Origin: Candidatus Obscuribacterales bacterium
GTDB taxonomy: Bacteria; Cyanobacteriota; Vampirovibrionia; Obscuribacterales; Obscuribacteraceae
DNA length: 64,000 nucleotides
NCBI GenBank assembly: GCA_965228855.1
Contig: CBDDIJ010000005.1
Span: 1,504,001 to 1,568,000, forward strand
Direction: 5' to 3'
Numbering within the stretch: the stretch's first letter is position 1; each line of letters begins with the position of its first letter. Below, piece after piece: positions 36,694-46,535 of the stretch. Made by a program: the position numbers and the translations under genes. Below the pieces are notes generated by a model, which made no database searches, had not been told where the DNA came from, and was given only the letters and a program-made list of their open reading frames with translations.

Positions 36694-37535
36694 AAGAACG
36701 AAGAGCAAGCAAAACTGCTGAAGGCGTCGCACTTTTGAGAGCGATTGAAACAACTCGCCCTCCTGAAAAACGACTGGTATACGACCCCTTCGCGCGCTAC
36801 ATGGTCAACGGCATCAATCTGATGTTCAGCAAACTTTGGGTCGACTTTGGACTTTATGATCTTTCATGGCATGGTGCCTACGAGTACGTAGTCGCGCGAG
36901 AGCGTTACATCGATGGTCTGCTTAAACAGGCTCTGACTGACGGTTTCAAACAAATTGTTCTGCTCGGCGCCGGTTTCGATATGAGAGCTTTTCGCATAGA
37001 GGAAATCGAGAAAGCACTTGTTTTTGAAGTCGACCATCCCGCCACTCAAGCCGCGAAACTCGAGAAACTGAAAAAGCTTTTCAATCCGATTCGCGAAAAT
37101 ATTAAATTCGTATCCATCGATTTCAACACTCAAACCCTGGAGGACCGCCTCGCGGTCAACGGTTTCGACGAATCCGAAAGAACTTTCTTTATATGGCAAG
37201 GCGTGACTATGTACTTGACCGCACAGGGCGTCGAATCAACACTTAAGTTCATCACCCAGCACTCTAAACCAGGAAGTCGAGTGGTTTTCGACTATTTCAC
37301 AACGGAGCTGATGGAACGAAGCGCGGCGATTAGGTGGACGAAACCGCTACTAAAGCTGCTTGGCGAATCGCTCGACTTTTCTATTGAAGATGGCGAGTTG
37401 GAACGGTACCTGGGCGATCGCGGTTTCACCCATGTGGAAAACGCTGACTCAGAAACCTTGACGCGGCTCTACTTCGCCGGAACCGGCAAGACCGTAGCAC
37501 AAGGTATCGCAATTGCGTCCGGCACAGTCGCATGA
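36690..37535 (+). CDS. SAM-dependent methyltransferase (LCM/TIGR00027-like)
   Basis: SKTAEGVALLRA, DPFA, QIVLLGAGFDMRA, FEVDHP, WQGVTMYL; ATGA overlap. Confidence 0.92.
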   Translation: MKERRASKTAEGVALLRAIETTRPPEKRLVYDPFARYMVNGINLMFSKLWVDFGLYDLSWHGAYEYVVARERYIDGLLKQALTDGFKQIVLLGAGFDMRAFRIEEIEKALVFEVDHPATQAAKLEKLKKLFNPIRENIKFVSIDFNTQTLEDRLAVNGFDESERTFFIWQGVTMYLTAQGVESTLKFITQHSKPGSRVVFDYFTTELMERSAAIRWTKPLLKLLGESLDFSIEDGELERYLGDRGFTHVENADSETLTRLYFAGTGKTVAQGIAIASGTVA

Positions 37536-37563
37536 GTGCCTAAATTCTCTTCCCGCATCACGC

Positions 37564-37932
37564 TCAAGCGGCGCGCAATTCATCGACACCTATGAGCCGC
37601 AGCACTTCTACGATCGGAATGCCAGCGGTCTCGCCGTCATTTATATAGGACAACCGACCGTCCTTCACCATTTGCCAAATTCTACGCTCGGAAACCATGC
37701 CACCAGTCATCTGGCTGGCACCTTGGACTGACAACAACTCATTTGACTGACCATCAATAAGGCTGAGATTTACCATTGTGGCTACTCCTGTTTTTCGTCC
37801 GTTTCTCACGTAGCGTACATTTCTAATAGCAATGCCTCGTGAAAGATTAAATCTGTAAGTGTGCCACCCGTCAGCGCCCAAGAAACCAAGAGGGACGTGA
37901 AAGGTTCGCACTGACACCAAATACAGTGTCAA
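37564..37932 (-). CDS. Hypothetical protein
   Basis: 122-aa ORF filling a gap; no recognisable motif. Confidence 0.4.
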   Translation of the reverse strand: MTLYLVSVRTFHVPLGFLGADGWHTYRFNLSRGIAIRNVRYVRNGRKTGVATMVNLSLIDGQSNELLSVQGASQMTGGMVSERRIWQMVKDGRLSYINDGETAGIPIVEVLRLIGVDELRAA

Positions 37933-38070
37933 AACCTACCCCATAAATCCAAACTTGCAAACTATTTGCAAGGATTTAATGTTCATTTCGTTAGCGCAAA
38001 GGCAAATCCTGGCTTAATCTTTATATGGTCCGAAAGATACGAGCAAGATAGTTTTTGCCAATTTCGAATT

Positions 38071-38592
38071 ATGTGCGCATCAACAAAACCAACCTTTCAA
38101 ATTGTTCCGGTCGACCCAAATGCCGCTCAGCGTCATTTGCGCGACTTGCTTTCAAGTCTCGACAAGGACTTTCCCTACACGCCGGCAATTGACGACTACT
38201 GTGAACGCGCCGGCACCGCGGAGTCAACCACCGTCATCGCCAAAAGCGGCGACAAGGTCGTTGGAGCCGCCTTCATGGAGCCCCTGAGCGATGACACCAA
38301 CGAGATGGTAGTCATCGCCGTGGACGCAAACTTTCAGCGCTGCGGAATCGGTTCCGCGCTAGCTAAGACATTGGAAGAACTAACGCGCCGGTCTGGAAAG
38401 AGCTTCCTGTTTTCAAGAGCGATTGGACCGAGCCAGAAGGTCGCAGACGACATCAAAGGTTTTCAATTTTTGAAGAAAAACAGCTTCTATTTCGTCAAAG
38501 AATTTCCAACTCTCTGGGAGGGTTATCCCTGCGCCTTTTTGTTCAAACCGTTACCGTCGGCACCTCCAACCAGCTCCTATGACTACCGCTGA
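38071..38592 (+). CDS. GNAT family N-acetyltransferase
   Basis: IAVDANFQRCGIGSAL acetyl-CoA motif A. Confidence 0.85.
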   Translation: MCASTKPTFQIVPVDPNAAQRHLRDLLSSLDKDFPYTPAIDDYCERAGTAESTTVIAKSGDKVVGAAFMEPLSDDTNEMVVIAVDANFQRCGIGSALAKTLEELTRRSGKSFLFSRAIGPSQKVADDIKGFQFLKKNSFYFVKEFPTLWEGYPCAFLFKPLPSAPPTSSYDYR

Positions 38593-39085
38593 AATCGTCG
38601 ACCTTAAGGGCCTGCCGTTCGAGCTTCGCCGCCTTCAGAACAACTCTGGCAGTTCAGCCGTCAGACACGTTCTGAGAACCCTGCCGATGTACTTCGGCGA
38701 TAAACGCGCAATTCCGTTCTATAGCGAGCAAGCGTCCGCCGTCAAAAACTATTCGCTCGGCGCGTACTTAAAAGCCAGACAGGTTGGCATCGTAGTTCTT
38801 CGCTCAAGCACTGATGACACGGGCGAAATCGCCGTGCTTGCAATCGTCCCCGAGCATCAATCCGTTGGACTTGGAACCATTCTGCTCGACCGAGCGGAAC
38901 AAGAGGCTATCCGCCGCGGTCACAAGTGCATCATCGCAGCAACCGTCGGACCGAAGCAGAAAGATCCAAATTTCATGCGCACTCTGCGCTTCTACGAACG
39001 ACACAATTACAGAATGCTAGCCGAATTCGACTACATGTGGCCCGGCGTCTGGTGCGCATATTTAGTGAAGCAATTAGGCGATTAG
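38579..39085 (+). CDS. GNAT family N-acetyltransferase (paralogue of upstream gene)
   Basis: LAIVPEHQSVGLGTIL, RTLRFYE, LPMYFG, MWPG. Confidence 0.88.
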   Translation: MTTAEIVDLKGLPFELRRLQNNSGSSAVRHVLRTLPMYFGDKRAIPFYSEQASAVKNYSLGAYLKARQVGIVVLRSSTDDTGEIAVLAIVPEHQSVGLGTILLDRAEQEAIRRGHKCIIAATVGPKQKDPNFMRTLRFYERHNYRMLAEFDYMWPGVWCAYLVKQLGD

Positions 39086-39187
39086 GGTTAGTCTCGCAGT
39101 TCAGCAGGTTAAGCGTTTCGGAGCACAAAAAGTGTCACGAATGAAAACAAGAGCTATCGAATCGAAAAAGCCGAGAATCAGTTTCGG

Positions 39188-40414
39188 CTATCTGAGTCCA
39201 GACTCTTCGGTTGCGAATAAGTCGCGTCGCCTCGCAACAAAGACCGTCAGCCCCAGACCGTATAGCAGCAGCAAGACGAAATTAGGATTGATCACCCCGC
39301 CCGGTCCTGCCTCCGGTTGAAGGTACGAGTAATGAACGAGTATCGACATCGGCATCAGGTAAATGAGCGCCCCGAGCATGCCCGCCAGCATAAAGGGTGC
39401 CGGAATCTGCTTCTGAATATCAGCGCGCAACACGACGATGATGGTCGGCAATAACAGAACAAGATCGTAAGAGAAGAAATACAAACAGCTTGCCAATCCC
39501 AAAGGAAGTGCCACCAGGAGGCTGGCTTCCATCCATTGCGCAGCTTTAGACAGCAATCGCCCAAGCAATGTAATCACCGCCAGTGATACCACCAAAAATC
39601 CGGCACTAACTGCCGCAGTCATGCCGGCCGCATCCGGAAAGATTCGCAGCATCTGCCCTCGCAAACTTGGGCTTAGATCAGAGACGAGAAAACGGGTGTC
39701 ATTGACCGTCGATGCCATGAGCGAAGAATAGTTTCGTATTCCATCCACTCCAACTGCCGCACAACCGACAACCGCTACCAGAGAGGCAATCGCAGCAAAT
39801 CGCAGAACCAGCTTCCACTTTCCTGCTCCGAGCAAAAAAACAATCAACGGCAAAAGCTCCTGCGGTTTCAAAAACATGAGAGCCAAACCAAAAGCTGACA
39901 GCCATTGATTGTCTCTCTTAACACCATAAACATAGAGAGACAGTCCGAACAGTAAAACCGTCGCCAGCTGATCGATGCGCAAAGCCTCATACGTAGCACC
40001 TGACAGCGCAGTGACCGCGACGAGATAAAGCACCCCAACTCTGGTTAGTGAAAACGCCTTCGACAACAAGACGACACTTGCAACGAGCGCCGAAATCAGG
40101 ATTAGCTTCCAGACATAAATAGCTGCCGGAAGAGGAATTAAACCGACAGGAATTATCCATGCCATCGCAAATGGTGGCACGAAAAATCCGACTATGCGAC
40201 CATTCAACTCCGGAAAGAAGTTCTGCTCCACCACCGAGAACGTCTTCAAATCGTATATTTGAGCGCCCGTTCCTGACAGGATCATTTTCGCAGCGGAATA
40301 ATACTCAGGGAAGTCGCTAAAAGCACCAAACGCTGGAAAAGACAGGGCAAGCAGAACAACCAGCATGCCGACCGCGAAGACGACGTAAATGATTGGCATA
40401 ATCATTTTGTTCAT
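39188..40414 (-). CDS. GT87/DUF2029-like GT-C glycosyltransferase
   Basis: DFPEYYSAA, IYD, FFVPPF, DQ, FLKPQ, FSYDLVLLL; multi-TM. Confidence 0.8.
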   Translation of the reverse strand: MNKMIMPIIYVVFAVGMLVVLLALSFPAFGAFSDFPEYYSAAKMILSGTGAQIYDLKTFSVVEQNFFPELNGRIVGFFVPPFAMAWIIPVGLIPLPAAIYVWKLILISALVASVVLLSKAFSLTRVGVLYLVAVTALSGATYEALRIDQLATVLLFGLSLYVYGVKRDNQWLSAFGLALMFLKPQELLPLIVFLLGAGKWKLVLRFAAIASLVAVVGCAAVGVDGIRNYSSLMASTVNDTRFLVSDLSPSLRGQMLRIFPDAAGMTAAVSAGFLVVSLAVITLLGRLLSKAAQWMEASLLVALPLGLASCLYFFSYDLVLLLPTIIVVLRADIQKQIPAPFMLAGMLGALIYLMPMSILVHYSYLQPEAGPGGVINPNFVLLLLYGLGLTVFVARRRDLFATEESGLR

Positions 40415-40457
40415 CGCTGTCCTTATACCGCTTCCGTTTCGTTTTCGCTTTTAAAAC

Positions 40458-41030
40458 TCACTGCACAGGCGCACTTTCGTCCGGCAGTTTCGACAGAAGA
40501 TCCGTGCAACCATCCTGAATGCACTCAAGCAACTCGTGCCCGAATCCCTCTTCGATAAACTTCGGCTTCGACAAATCCTGTGATGTCGGCCAACCCTTCC
40601 ATTCACTGCCGCGGAAAAGCGTGGAAGCGGAATTGGCGATTTTTCCAGTGGTCAAGTCCACCAACTTCATATTCACATTGATTTTAAACGCTTTGTTCGC
40701 AGCTTCTATCTCTTGTTGCGTAGCGCCTTCCTGAATCGGCGCAAAATTCACGACTATAGCGCTAATCACGACAAACTGGGGCGCCTTGTCCGCAGCTTTC
40801 GAATCCTTGGTTTTTACTTCGACTTTCTTGGTCGATGCAAGCCCCTTCTCCTGAGCGACTTGAACCCACTTGGTCAACGCAATTGACTCGGTTCGATCGG
40901 AGGGCAATTTATCAATTAGAGGGTCCTGAACACTCAAGATAGGCGACGCGAAAACAGCACCACCAGCCACAGTTGACGCACAGGACATCCAAAGTCCAAT
41001 CAAAATTGATCGCACGAAAAGTTTACTCAC
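40458..41030 (-). CDS. Exported hypothetical protein (weak CsgG/TolB_N-like motif)
   Basis: Signal peptide; VNMKLVDLTTGKI strand motif. Confidence 0.55.
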   Translation of the reverse strand: MSKLFVRSILIGLWMSCASTVAGGAVFASPILSVQDPLIDKLPSDRTESIALTKWVQVAQEKGLASTKKVEVKTKDSKAADKAPQFVVISAIVVNFAPIQEGATQQEIEAANKAFKINVNMKLVDLTTGKIANSASTLFRGSEWKGWPTSQDLSKPKFIEEGFGHELLECIQDGCTDLLSKLPDESAPVQ

Positions 41031-41047
41031 ACCACAACCCTTATCTT

Positions 41048-42217
41048 TCAGGAAACCGTATTACGTGCTTGAAGCAGATAAGGCATTATACTCTCTCTCT
41101 GAAACTTCTCTCTGAAGCGCCAGAAAAAGGCGTCCTGATAGTAGTGCACATTCGCCAGTCCAAAGTAGATTCCGAGGAAGAAGCGATACTGCTCGCTGTC
41201 CATGGAGAAGTTCAAAGCGTAAGCGCGATTTATCGTGAAGAACAGAGCGGTCGCGACGCAAAGGACGGTCATCAATGCGATCGCGCCGCATGGAATGTCG
41301 GCTCGTCGCTCGGGGTCTTTGTATTTTTCCCTGACGAGAATTACGTTTAAGCCGATGTATTGAAACCAATGCATCGTGCCTGGAATCAGCCACAGCGTCT
41401 CAATTCGCTGGCCGGGAATAACGAAGGGGACGAAGTAAAGTGCTGAAGCCACCCAGAACATCAGGGCAGGCACATTGATCCTCGCTCCTCGCGCTACCTG
41501 ACGACGCATGTCGAGCGCATAGCGACCGACATCGTAGAGTGCCAGACCACCTAGACCGATCAGCACGCCGACCATCCACGTCTCAAGTGGTTTGGGCGCC
41601 GGAAGCGGAGGCATCAGACCACCAGTGGTGGCGGCTATGGTGCTGGGATTGTTGAAGTAGGACAGGAAAAACATCGTCGTGAAAAACACGGCTGGTGACC
41701 ACAGGCTGCGTAACAACAAGTTTCGATCGGGCAATGCCTCATTGTTGTTTTTGTTGTGATACAAGAGCGTCACGCCAAAGTTCTGCTGAACGAAGTGCTG
41801 CACACTCCAGGCTGTTGCAATTAAAAATCCAATCGCCGGCGTATAGACGTTCAAAACGATCGAAGCGATGAAGACTAGCAGCGGAGCAGCAAAGTAAAAG
41901 AAAAGGCGCTTGTTGTCCGCCGTCCAGTGCTCGCGGTTTTTCTTATCAAAGTAGAAAAACCAGGTCGGTCCCTGATGCGCAGGTCCAACTCCGAAAGCGT
42001 TGATTAAGAGCAAGAACAAGATTCCAGTGCCCATCGCCGGGAAGTTCTGGATCAAAACCGAAGCCGCGACCGCCACTAAAATCGGACCAAAAAACCAGAA
42101 CAAGTCAAAATTTCTGCTAGCCATCCACGGGTAAACAAACAGCTGTCCCACCAGGTTCTCCGATTTCGGCTCCTGAGGTTCACGCGATTTTGCAGCTGCT
42201 GGCAGTGATGTAGTCAT
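41048..42217 (-). CDS. His-motif integral membrane protein, unknown function
   Basis: About 9 TM with AHQGPTW, WSVQHFVQQNFG, MHWFQYI, VHYYQDAFFWRFR. Confidence 0.75.
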   Translation of the reverse strand: MTTSLPAAAKSREPQEPKSENLVGQLFVYPWMASRNFDLFWFFGPILVAVAASVLIQNFPAMGTGILFLLLINAFGVGPAHQGPTWFFYFDKKNREHWTADNKRLFFYFAAPLLVFIASIVLNVYTPAIGFLIATAWSVQHFVQQNFGVTLLYHNKNNNEALPDRNLLLRSLWSPAVFFTTMFFLSYFNNPSTIAATTGGLMPPLPAPKPLETWMVGVLIGLGGLALYDVGRYALDMRRQVARGARINVPALMFWVASALYFVPFVIPGQRIETLWLIPGTMHWFQYIGLNVILVREKYKDPERRADIPCGAIALMTVLCVATALFFTINRAYALNFSMDSEQYRFFLGIYFGLANVHYYQDAFFWRFREKFQRESIMPYLLQARNTVS

Positions 42218-42302
42218 GGCTTCGAATAGTTAGTAAACGGATACTAGGTTTATACCCAGGGGACTCGAACAGTATAAGAACGTAGCCGATAAGTTACGTT
42301 AA

Positions 42303-44330
42303 ATGTCGAACTATCTGACCCTCCCTGGTCGTGGTACAAAACCAGTACGCCGCCTCCCCGGCGCAGTCACGGAGCTCCACGTGGACGAACCCGTCTCATC
42401 CGACCTGCAACAACCGAAAAACAAGCCTGCGCTGAAGTGGATCATTACCGGAGCCGCCGTAGTCCTGTTCGCGCTGGTGCGCACCTTGCCGTGGAACGTG
42501 AGGACCATCCCTGTTCCGGAAGATGATTCGTGGGACCTGGCGCTCAACTATTTCGCCGCGCACCACGCTGTTTCCGGCGTCGATTATGTTTTTACTTTCG
42601 GTCCGCTCGGTTTCATTTACAACGCGACCTATTTCCCGGACACGTTCACCGTCAAACTAATCATGCAGGGCTTGTTTTGCGCACTGACGATGATTGTACT
42701 GGTCATGCAAGGCAAGCGCCTTTTCGGAAAACCTCTCTGGACGATTCTGTGGGTCTTCGCAATCCTTGCCTGGTACGGCTTCTTCGCGGACGTCATGTTT
42801 CTCTCCGTCTCTCTGCTGCTCATAAACCAACACTTTTTACTGGACGATCGAAAAAAAACTCCGTCAATAGAATCCTTCATTCTCGTCTTCCTGCTTGCCT
42901 TGACGGCAATCGTCAAATTCACTTTTACAGTAGCGGCTCTCTGGGTTATCGCTTTCATAGCCGCCGACGAATTGTTCATAAAGCGTTCTAAACCCCTTTT
43001 GACAGCGAGTTTTGCGCTTCTGATTCCAGTTCTCTGGCTGCTCTCAGGCCAGCCTATCACGGCTCTCTACAGTTACGTCACCACATCACTGCAGGTCACA
43101 TCCGGGCACAGCGAGGCTATGTCGTTCGTTGAAAATCCCAACTGGGTGATGCCAGTGCTCTTAGCGGCCGGCGCTGCGTCTCTAGTTTTCTTGAGCTTCG
43201 GCAGACTGTGCTACAACCGACTCGGGCGCACGCTCGTTCCCGCGCTCCTTGCACAGAGCGGGATTTTCTTCTTGATCTTCAAAGCTGCCTATGTTCGTCA
43301 CACTGTGGATCATGAACCCATAGCCTCCTCTGTTTACGGCTTCGCGGCACTGGCATTGATACCACTAATTCTGAAGCTAGAGAAGAGCGCGTTCACAAAA
43401 TATGCGGGTATCGGCGCCATCACCGTAATGACGATATTCGCATTCCCCATGAGCCTACCAGTCGATTTGCCAGTGTTTGCAAGATATCCAGCTCTTCTAT
43501 TGAGCAACGTCTTAGGAGTCGTCCAGAAGACGGCGCCGTGCATTTCATACCTCTCTGGCTCATCCGTTCTGCCAACTAAGTATGAAGAACGCATGCAGGA
43601 AATCCGGAAAGAAAATCCGCTTCCGAAGCTGACAGGCACGGTCGATATTTATCCAGTTATGTGCAAAGTGCCCATTGCGTACAAATTCGAGTATAAACCG
43701 AGACCAGTTTTTCAAAGCTACCTTGCCTATCGAAAGCCGCTGCTAGAGCTAAACAATGAGCATTTGAAAACGGACAGCGCAGCGGACACAATAATCATTC
43801 AATCTTTGCACGATTGCTATGGATATTATCCGTTGCTTTACGACGGTCCATCCTGGATTGAATTGCTCTCTCGCTACGAGCCTCAATCCTGCCAACCGGC
43901 AGGGCTCATAGTAAGGAAACGACAAGCACCACGCGCGGTGAACCTTATACCGGTGAAAACGCTGTCCACAAAACTGGAAGAGCCGATCTTGCTTCAGGAG
44001 TTCAAAAGTAAAACTGTTTTCGCCAGGATCGATCTAAAGCTTGGAGCTGCTGGAACTCTCCAGAAGTTATTTTTCCGAATTTATCCCCCTGAGATTGAAG
44101 CTAAGCTTACAGATGGCACCACGAAGAGATTCATCGCGCCAAGCGAGATTATGAAGGCTGGATTTATCATAACTCCATTCGCTGAATCTCCTGAAGATGT
44201 GGAAAAGCTCTTCAATGTCGTCAACGGTGCCAGACAGGTTGAATCTATAAAGCTGTTGGAACAGAAGAACGATTTTCCGTGGACGATCTTTTCCCGAGAC
44301 ATTTCAGTCGAGTTATTTGACGTCCGGTAA
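42303..44330 (+). CDS. Large multi-TM protein, putative GT-C-type transferase
   Basis: EDDSWDLALNY...GVDYVFTFGPLGF, VKFT, GHSEAMS, FKAAYVRH, PRPVFQSY; large soluble C-terminal domain. Confidence 0.6.
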   Translation: MSNYLTLPGRGTKPVRRLPGAVTELHVDEPVSSDLQQPKNKPALKWIITGAAVVLFALVRTLPWNVRTIPVPEDDSWDLALNYFAAHHAVSGVDYVFTFGPLGFIYNATYFPDTFTVKLIMQGLFCALTMIVLVMQGKRLFGKPLWTILWVFAILAWYGFFADVMFLSVSLLLINQHFLLDDRKKTPSIESFILVFLLALTAIVKFTFTVAALWVIAFIAADELFIKRSKPLLTASFALLIPVLWLLSGQPITALYSYVTTSLQVTSGHSEAMSFVENPNWVMPVLLAAGAASLVFLSFGRLCYNRLGRTLVPALLAQSGIFFLIFKAAYVRHTVDHEPIASSVYGFAALALIPLILKLEKSAFTKYAGIGAITVMTIFAFPMSLPVDLPVFARYPALLLSNVLGVVQKTAPCISYLSGSSVLPTKYEERMQEIRKENPLPKLTGTVDIYPVMCKVPIAYKFEYKPRPVFQSYLAYRKPLLELNNEHLKTDSAADTIIIQSLHDCYGYYPLLYDGPSWIELLSRYEPQSCQPAGLIVRKRQAPRAVNLIPVKTLSTKLEEPILLQEFKSKTVFARIDLKLGAAGTLQKLFFRIYPPEIEAKLTDGTTKRFIAPSEIMKAGFIITPFAESPEDVEKLFNVVNGARQVESIKLLEQKNDFPWTIFSRDISVELFDVR

Positions 44331-44583
44331 GATTTAATTCGATGATTTTGCAACATTTTAATTCGCGCTCCAAACGCCGTCGCAGCATGATTTGAGACAG
44401 CGCAGATGAGTCGAGTTAATGTGCCAGACGAGAACATAATGAAGGTCAGACCTTCCGGTAAAATCGATCGACAGGTATGATGGAATTACTTACCATAACT
44501 TTCGCGCAAGATTTTTCAGCTCTCGTCTCCCGTGACAATCACGGAAAAATTTGAATTGTTGATTGCTTGCGCAAGGCAGGCTT

Positions 44584-45480
44584 ATGCCTCTCAACGACAC
44601 AACAAAACAAAGTCTGGTCAACCATATTAATCAGTGGCGACGCATCGGTTTAGCTACCGGTAGCTCCGACAAAAATGCAACTGAGCGTTTTATCGCTCAA
44701 GCATATTCAATCGTCGGCTTGCCGGCACCACAGAGATTCGTGTGGGTAAAATCACCGATGGCCGGAGCAGTTGCCGCGGCACAATGCGTGACAATTTTTC
44801 CCTCGGTCAGTCAACGCGTGTGGCGCAAACCACAAGAGTTCATGACAAAACGGCTCTGGGGTAAGGCTCACGACCAGAGCCAAATCGAGCACTGGACAAA
44901 CATCGATAACTTCATCACACGCTCCCCTCTGATGGTCGTTCGAGACAATGTCATGATTCCAATCTGCCAGCAGATTGTCGACCAGGGGAATGAGAGAAAT
45001 CGCCAGGCGCGCTCTTCGGTTTTTGTGAGCGGCAGACACAGCGTCTCAAATTTGTCGACGGAGATCTGGGCCAGTGCCCTGTCAGGGATGAAAGCGGTTT
45101 TGACTCAAAAAGAACTACGCGATATTGGTGGCACACCGAGCTGGGAGAAGATAACGGAACAATTGCAAGCTTGCGGCTATGGAAGCATGGACGCGATTTT
45201 TCTTGCCCTTCTAGACTACGCCAATATGCAAGGTTTGAACTTAACCGACATCTCCGGCATCGCCGGAGTCGCAAAAAATGCCGGTCTCTGGTGGCCGTTA
45301 AAGGACATCTGCGTTGTTTCCGAACGCCCTAAAGTTCTCGCGTTGAACAAACAGGGTCAATTGCATATGGAGAACGCGATGGCTGTCGAATACGAAGACA
45401 ACTGGGGCATTTATGCGTTGAACGGAAAAACAGTTACACGCGACGTCGCGCAAAGTGCCGTAAAAATTCCTGTGGACTAG
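44584..45480 (+). CDS. DUF6745-like protein
   Basis: AYSIVGLPAP..FVWVKSP N-terminus and WWPLKDICVVSERP...GQLHMENAMAVEYEDNWGIYALNG C-terminus. Confidence 0.75.
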   Translation: MPLNDTTKQSLVNHINQWRRIGLATGSSDKNATERFIAQAYSIVGLPAPQRFVWVKSPMAGAVAAAQCVTIFPSVSQRVWRKPQEFMTKRLWGKAHDQSQIEHWTNIDNFITRSPLMVVRDNVMIPICQQIVDQGNERNRQARSSVFVSGRHSVSNLSTEIWASALSGMKAVLTQKELRDIGGTPSWEKITEQLQACGYGSMDAIFLALLDYANMQGLNLTDISGIAGVAKNAGLWWPLKDICVVSERPKVLALNKQGQLHMENAMAVEYEDNWGIYALNGKTVTRDVAQSAVKIPVD

Positions 45481-45491
45481 ACTGCTAGATG

Positions 45492-46535
45492 TCACCTTGC
45501 ACCACGCGCGGTATCAGACCCACGCGCAGCAAACAAGCCATGCACTTGCCCTACACCGTAGGAAAGATGCGTAACAGCGTAAATTATAAATACCATGGGC
45601 ACATAATGCGGTTTCCCATGCGTAACACAGGCATACACACTAACGAGTAGCGTCAGTAAAACATAGACCATGAGTGGCGCCGCAACCAAAAGACAGAACG
45701 GCGATGGAAGAATCCAAGAAACCAGAGCCATCAGACAAGCGGTGAGAAGAAGAATCGGCGCGGCGAACTGCGGTTTTATATGCGAAGGATCTTTTCGCAT
45801 CAACCAGGTTCGTCCCTTGCCGTAGACCTCCATGTTTTTCATCCAACTGACGATGTCTTCACGCCACTTGTGAGTGATACCCGCTCTTGGCTCGAATAAT
45901 AGTTTGAAACCTTTCCCGCGCAGGCGATGACTGAGATCGACATCCTCGGAAATGTTTCCTTGAAACTCGTCGAACATCCCGATGTCCACCACCTTCTGAC
46001 GATCGTACATAACGTTGAGCGTCGGCAAATGATCGACGGACATTCGTTGATCCAAAATCTTCGCTTGAACGGAACCGTGATTGCCCCAGTAGTTAGTCGT
46101 GGCAACCGCCACCGCCCGCCTGAAGAATGTGGTATCAGTCGGCGCTGTATTCGGACCACCAATCGCAGCTAAGGAAGCGTCTTTTGCGAGTTCTTCGGAA
46201 AAGGCCCGCTCCAGCCAAGTCAACCAGGTCGTGGAGGCTTCGCAATCCGCGTCGATAAACGCCACCACGTCATGCTTGGCCGCCTTTATGCCTGCGTTTC
46301 GGGTTACAGCAATTCCCGGGACCGGATTTTCGACGATGCGAAAATGGACGAACCCATTCATAGCTTCACGAGCAATCTCTTGCGTTCTATCGGTCGAACC
46401 ATTGTCCACAAGCACGACTTCGTAGCACTCTTGCGGGTAATCTTGCGCTCTCAACGATTCCAAACATTTCCGAATGTCGTTTTCTTCATTGCGAGCGATC
46501 ACGACAACGGAAACATTTCGCTGTGGTTTATCCAC
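45492..46535 (-). CDS. GT2 glycosyltransferase with C-terminal TM helices (ExoA-like)
   Basis: VSVVVIARNE, VDNGSTD, RNAG, FIDADC, SEDVDLSHR, THLSYGVG. Confidence 0.9.
   Translation of the reverse strand: MDKPQRNVSVVVIARNEENDIRKCLESLRAQDYPQECYEVVLVDNGSTDRTQEIAREAMNGFVHFRIVENPVPGIAVTRNAGIKAAKHDVVAFIDADCEASTTWLTWLERAFSEELAKDASLAAIGGPNTAPTDTTFFRRAVAVATTNYWGNHGSVQAKILDQRMSVDHLPTLNVMYDRQKVVDIGMFDEFQGNISEDVDLSHRLRGKGFKLLFEPRAGITHKWREDIVSWMKNMEVYGKGRTWLMRKDPSHIKPQFAAPILLLTACLMALVSWILPSPFCLLVAAPLMVYVLLTLLVSVYACVTHGKPHYVPMVFIIYAVTHLSYGVGQVHGLFAARGSDTARGAR

Noticed and set aside
40458..41030. Curli secretion CsgG or substitute Tad secretin
   Set aside because: Similarity limited to one short strand motif; no lipobox or other csg genes recognised.
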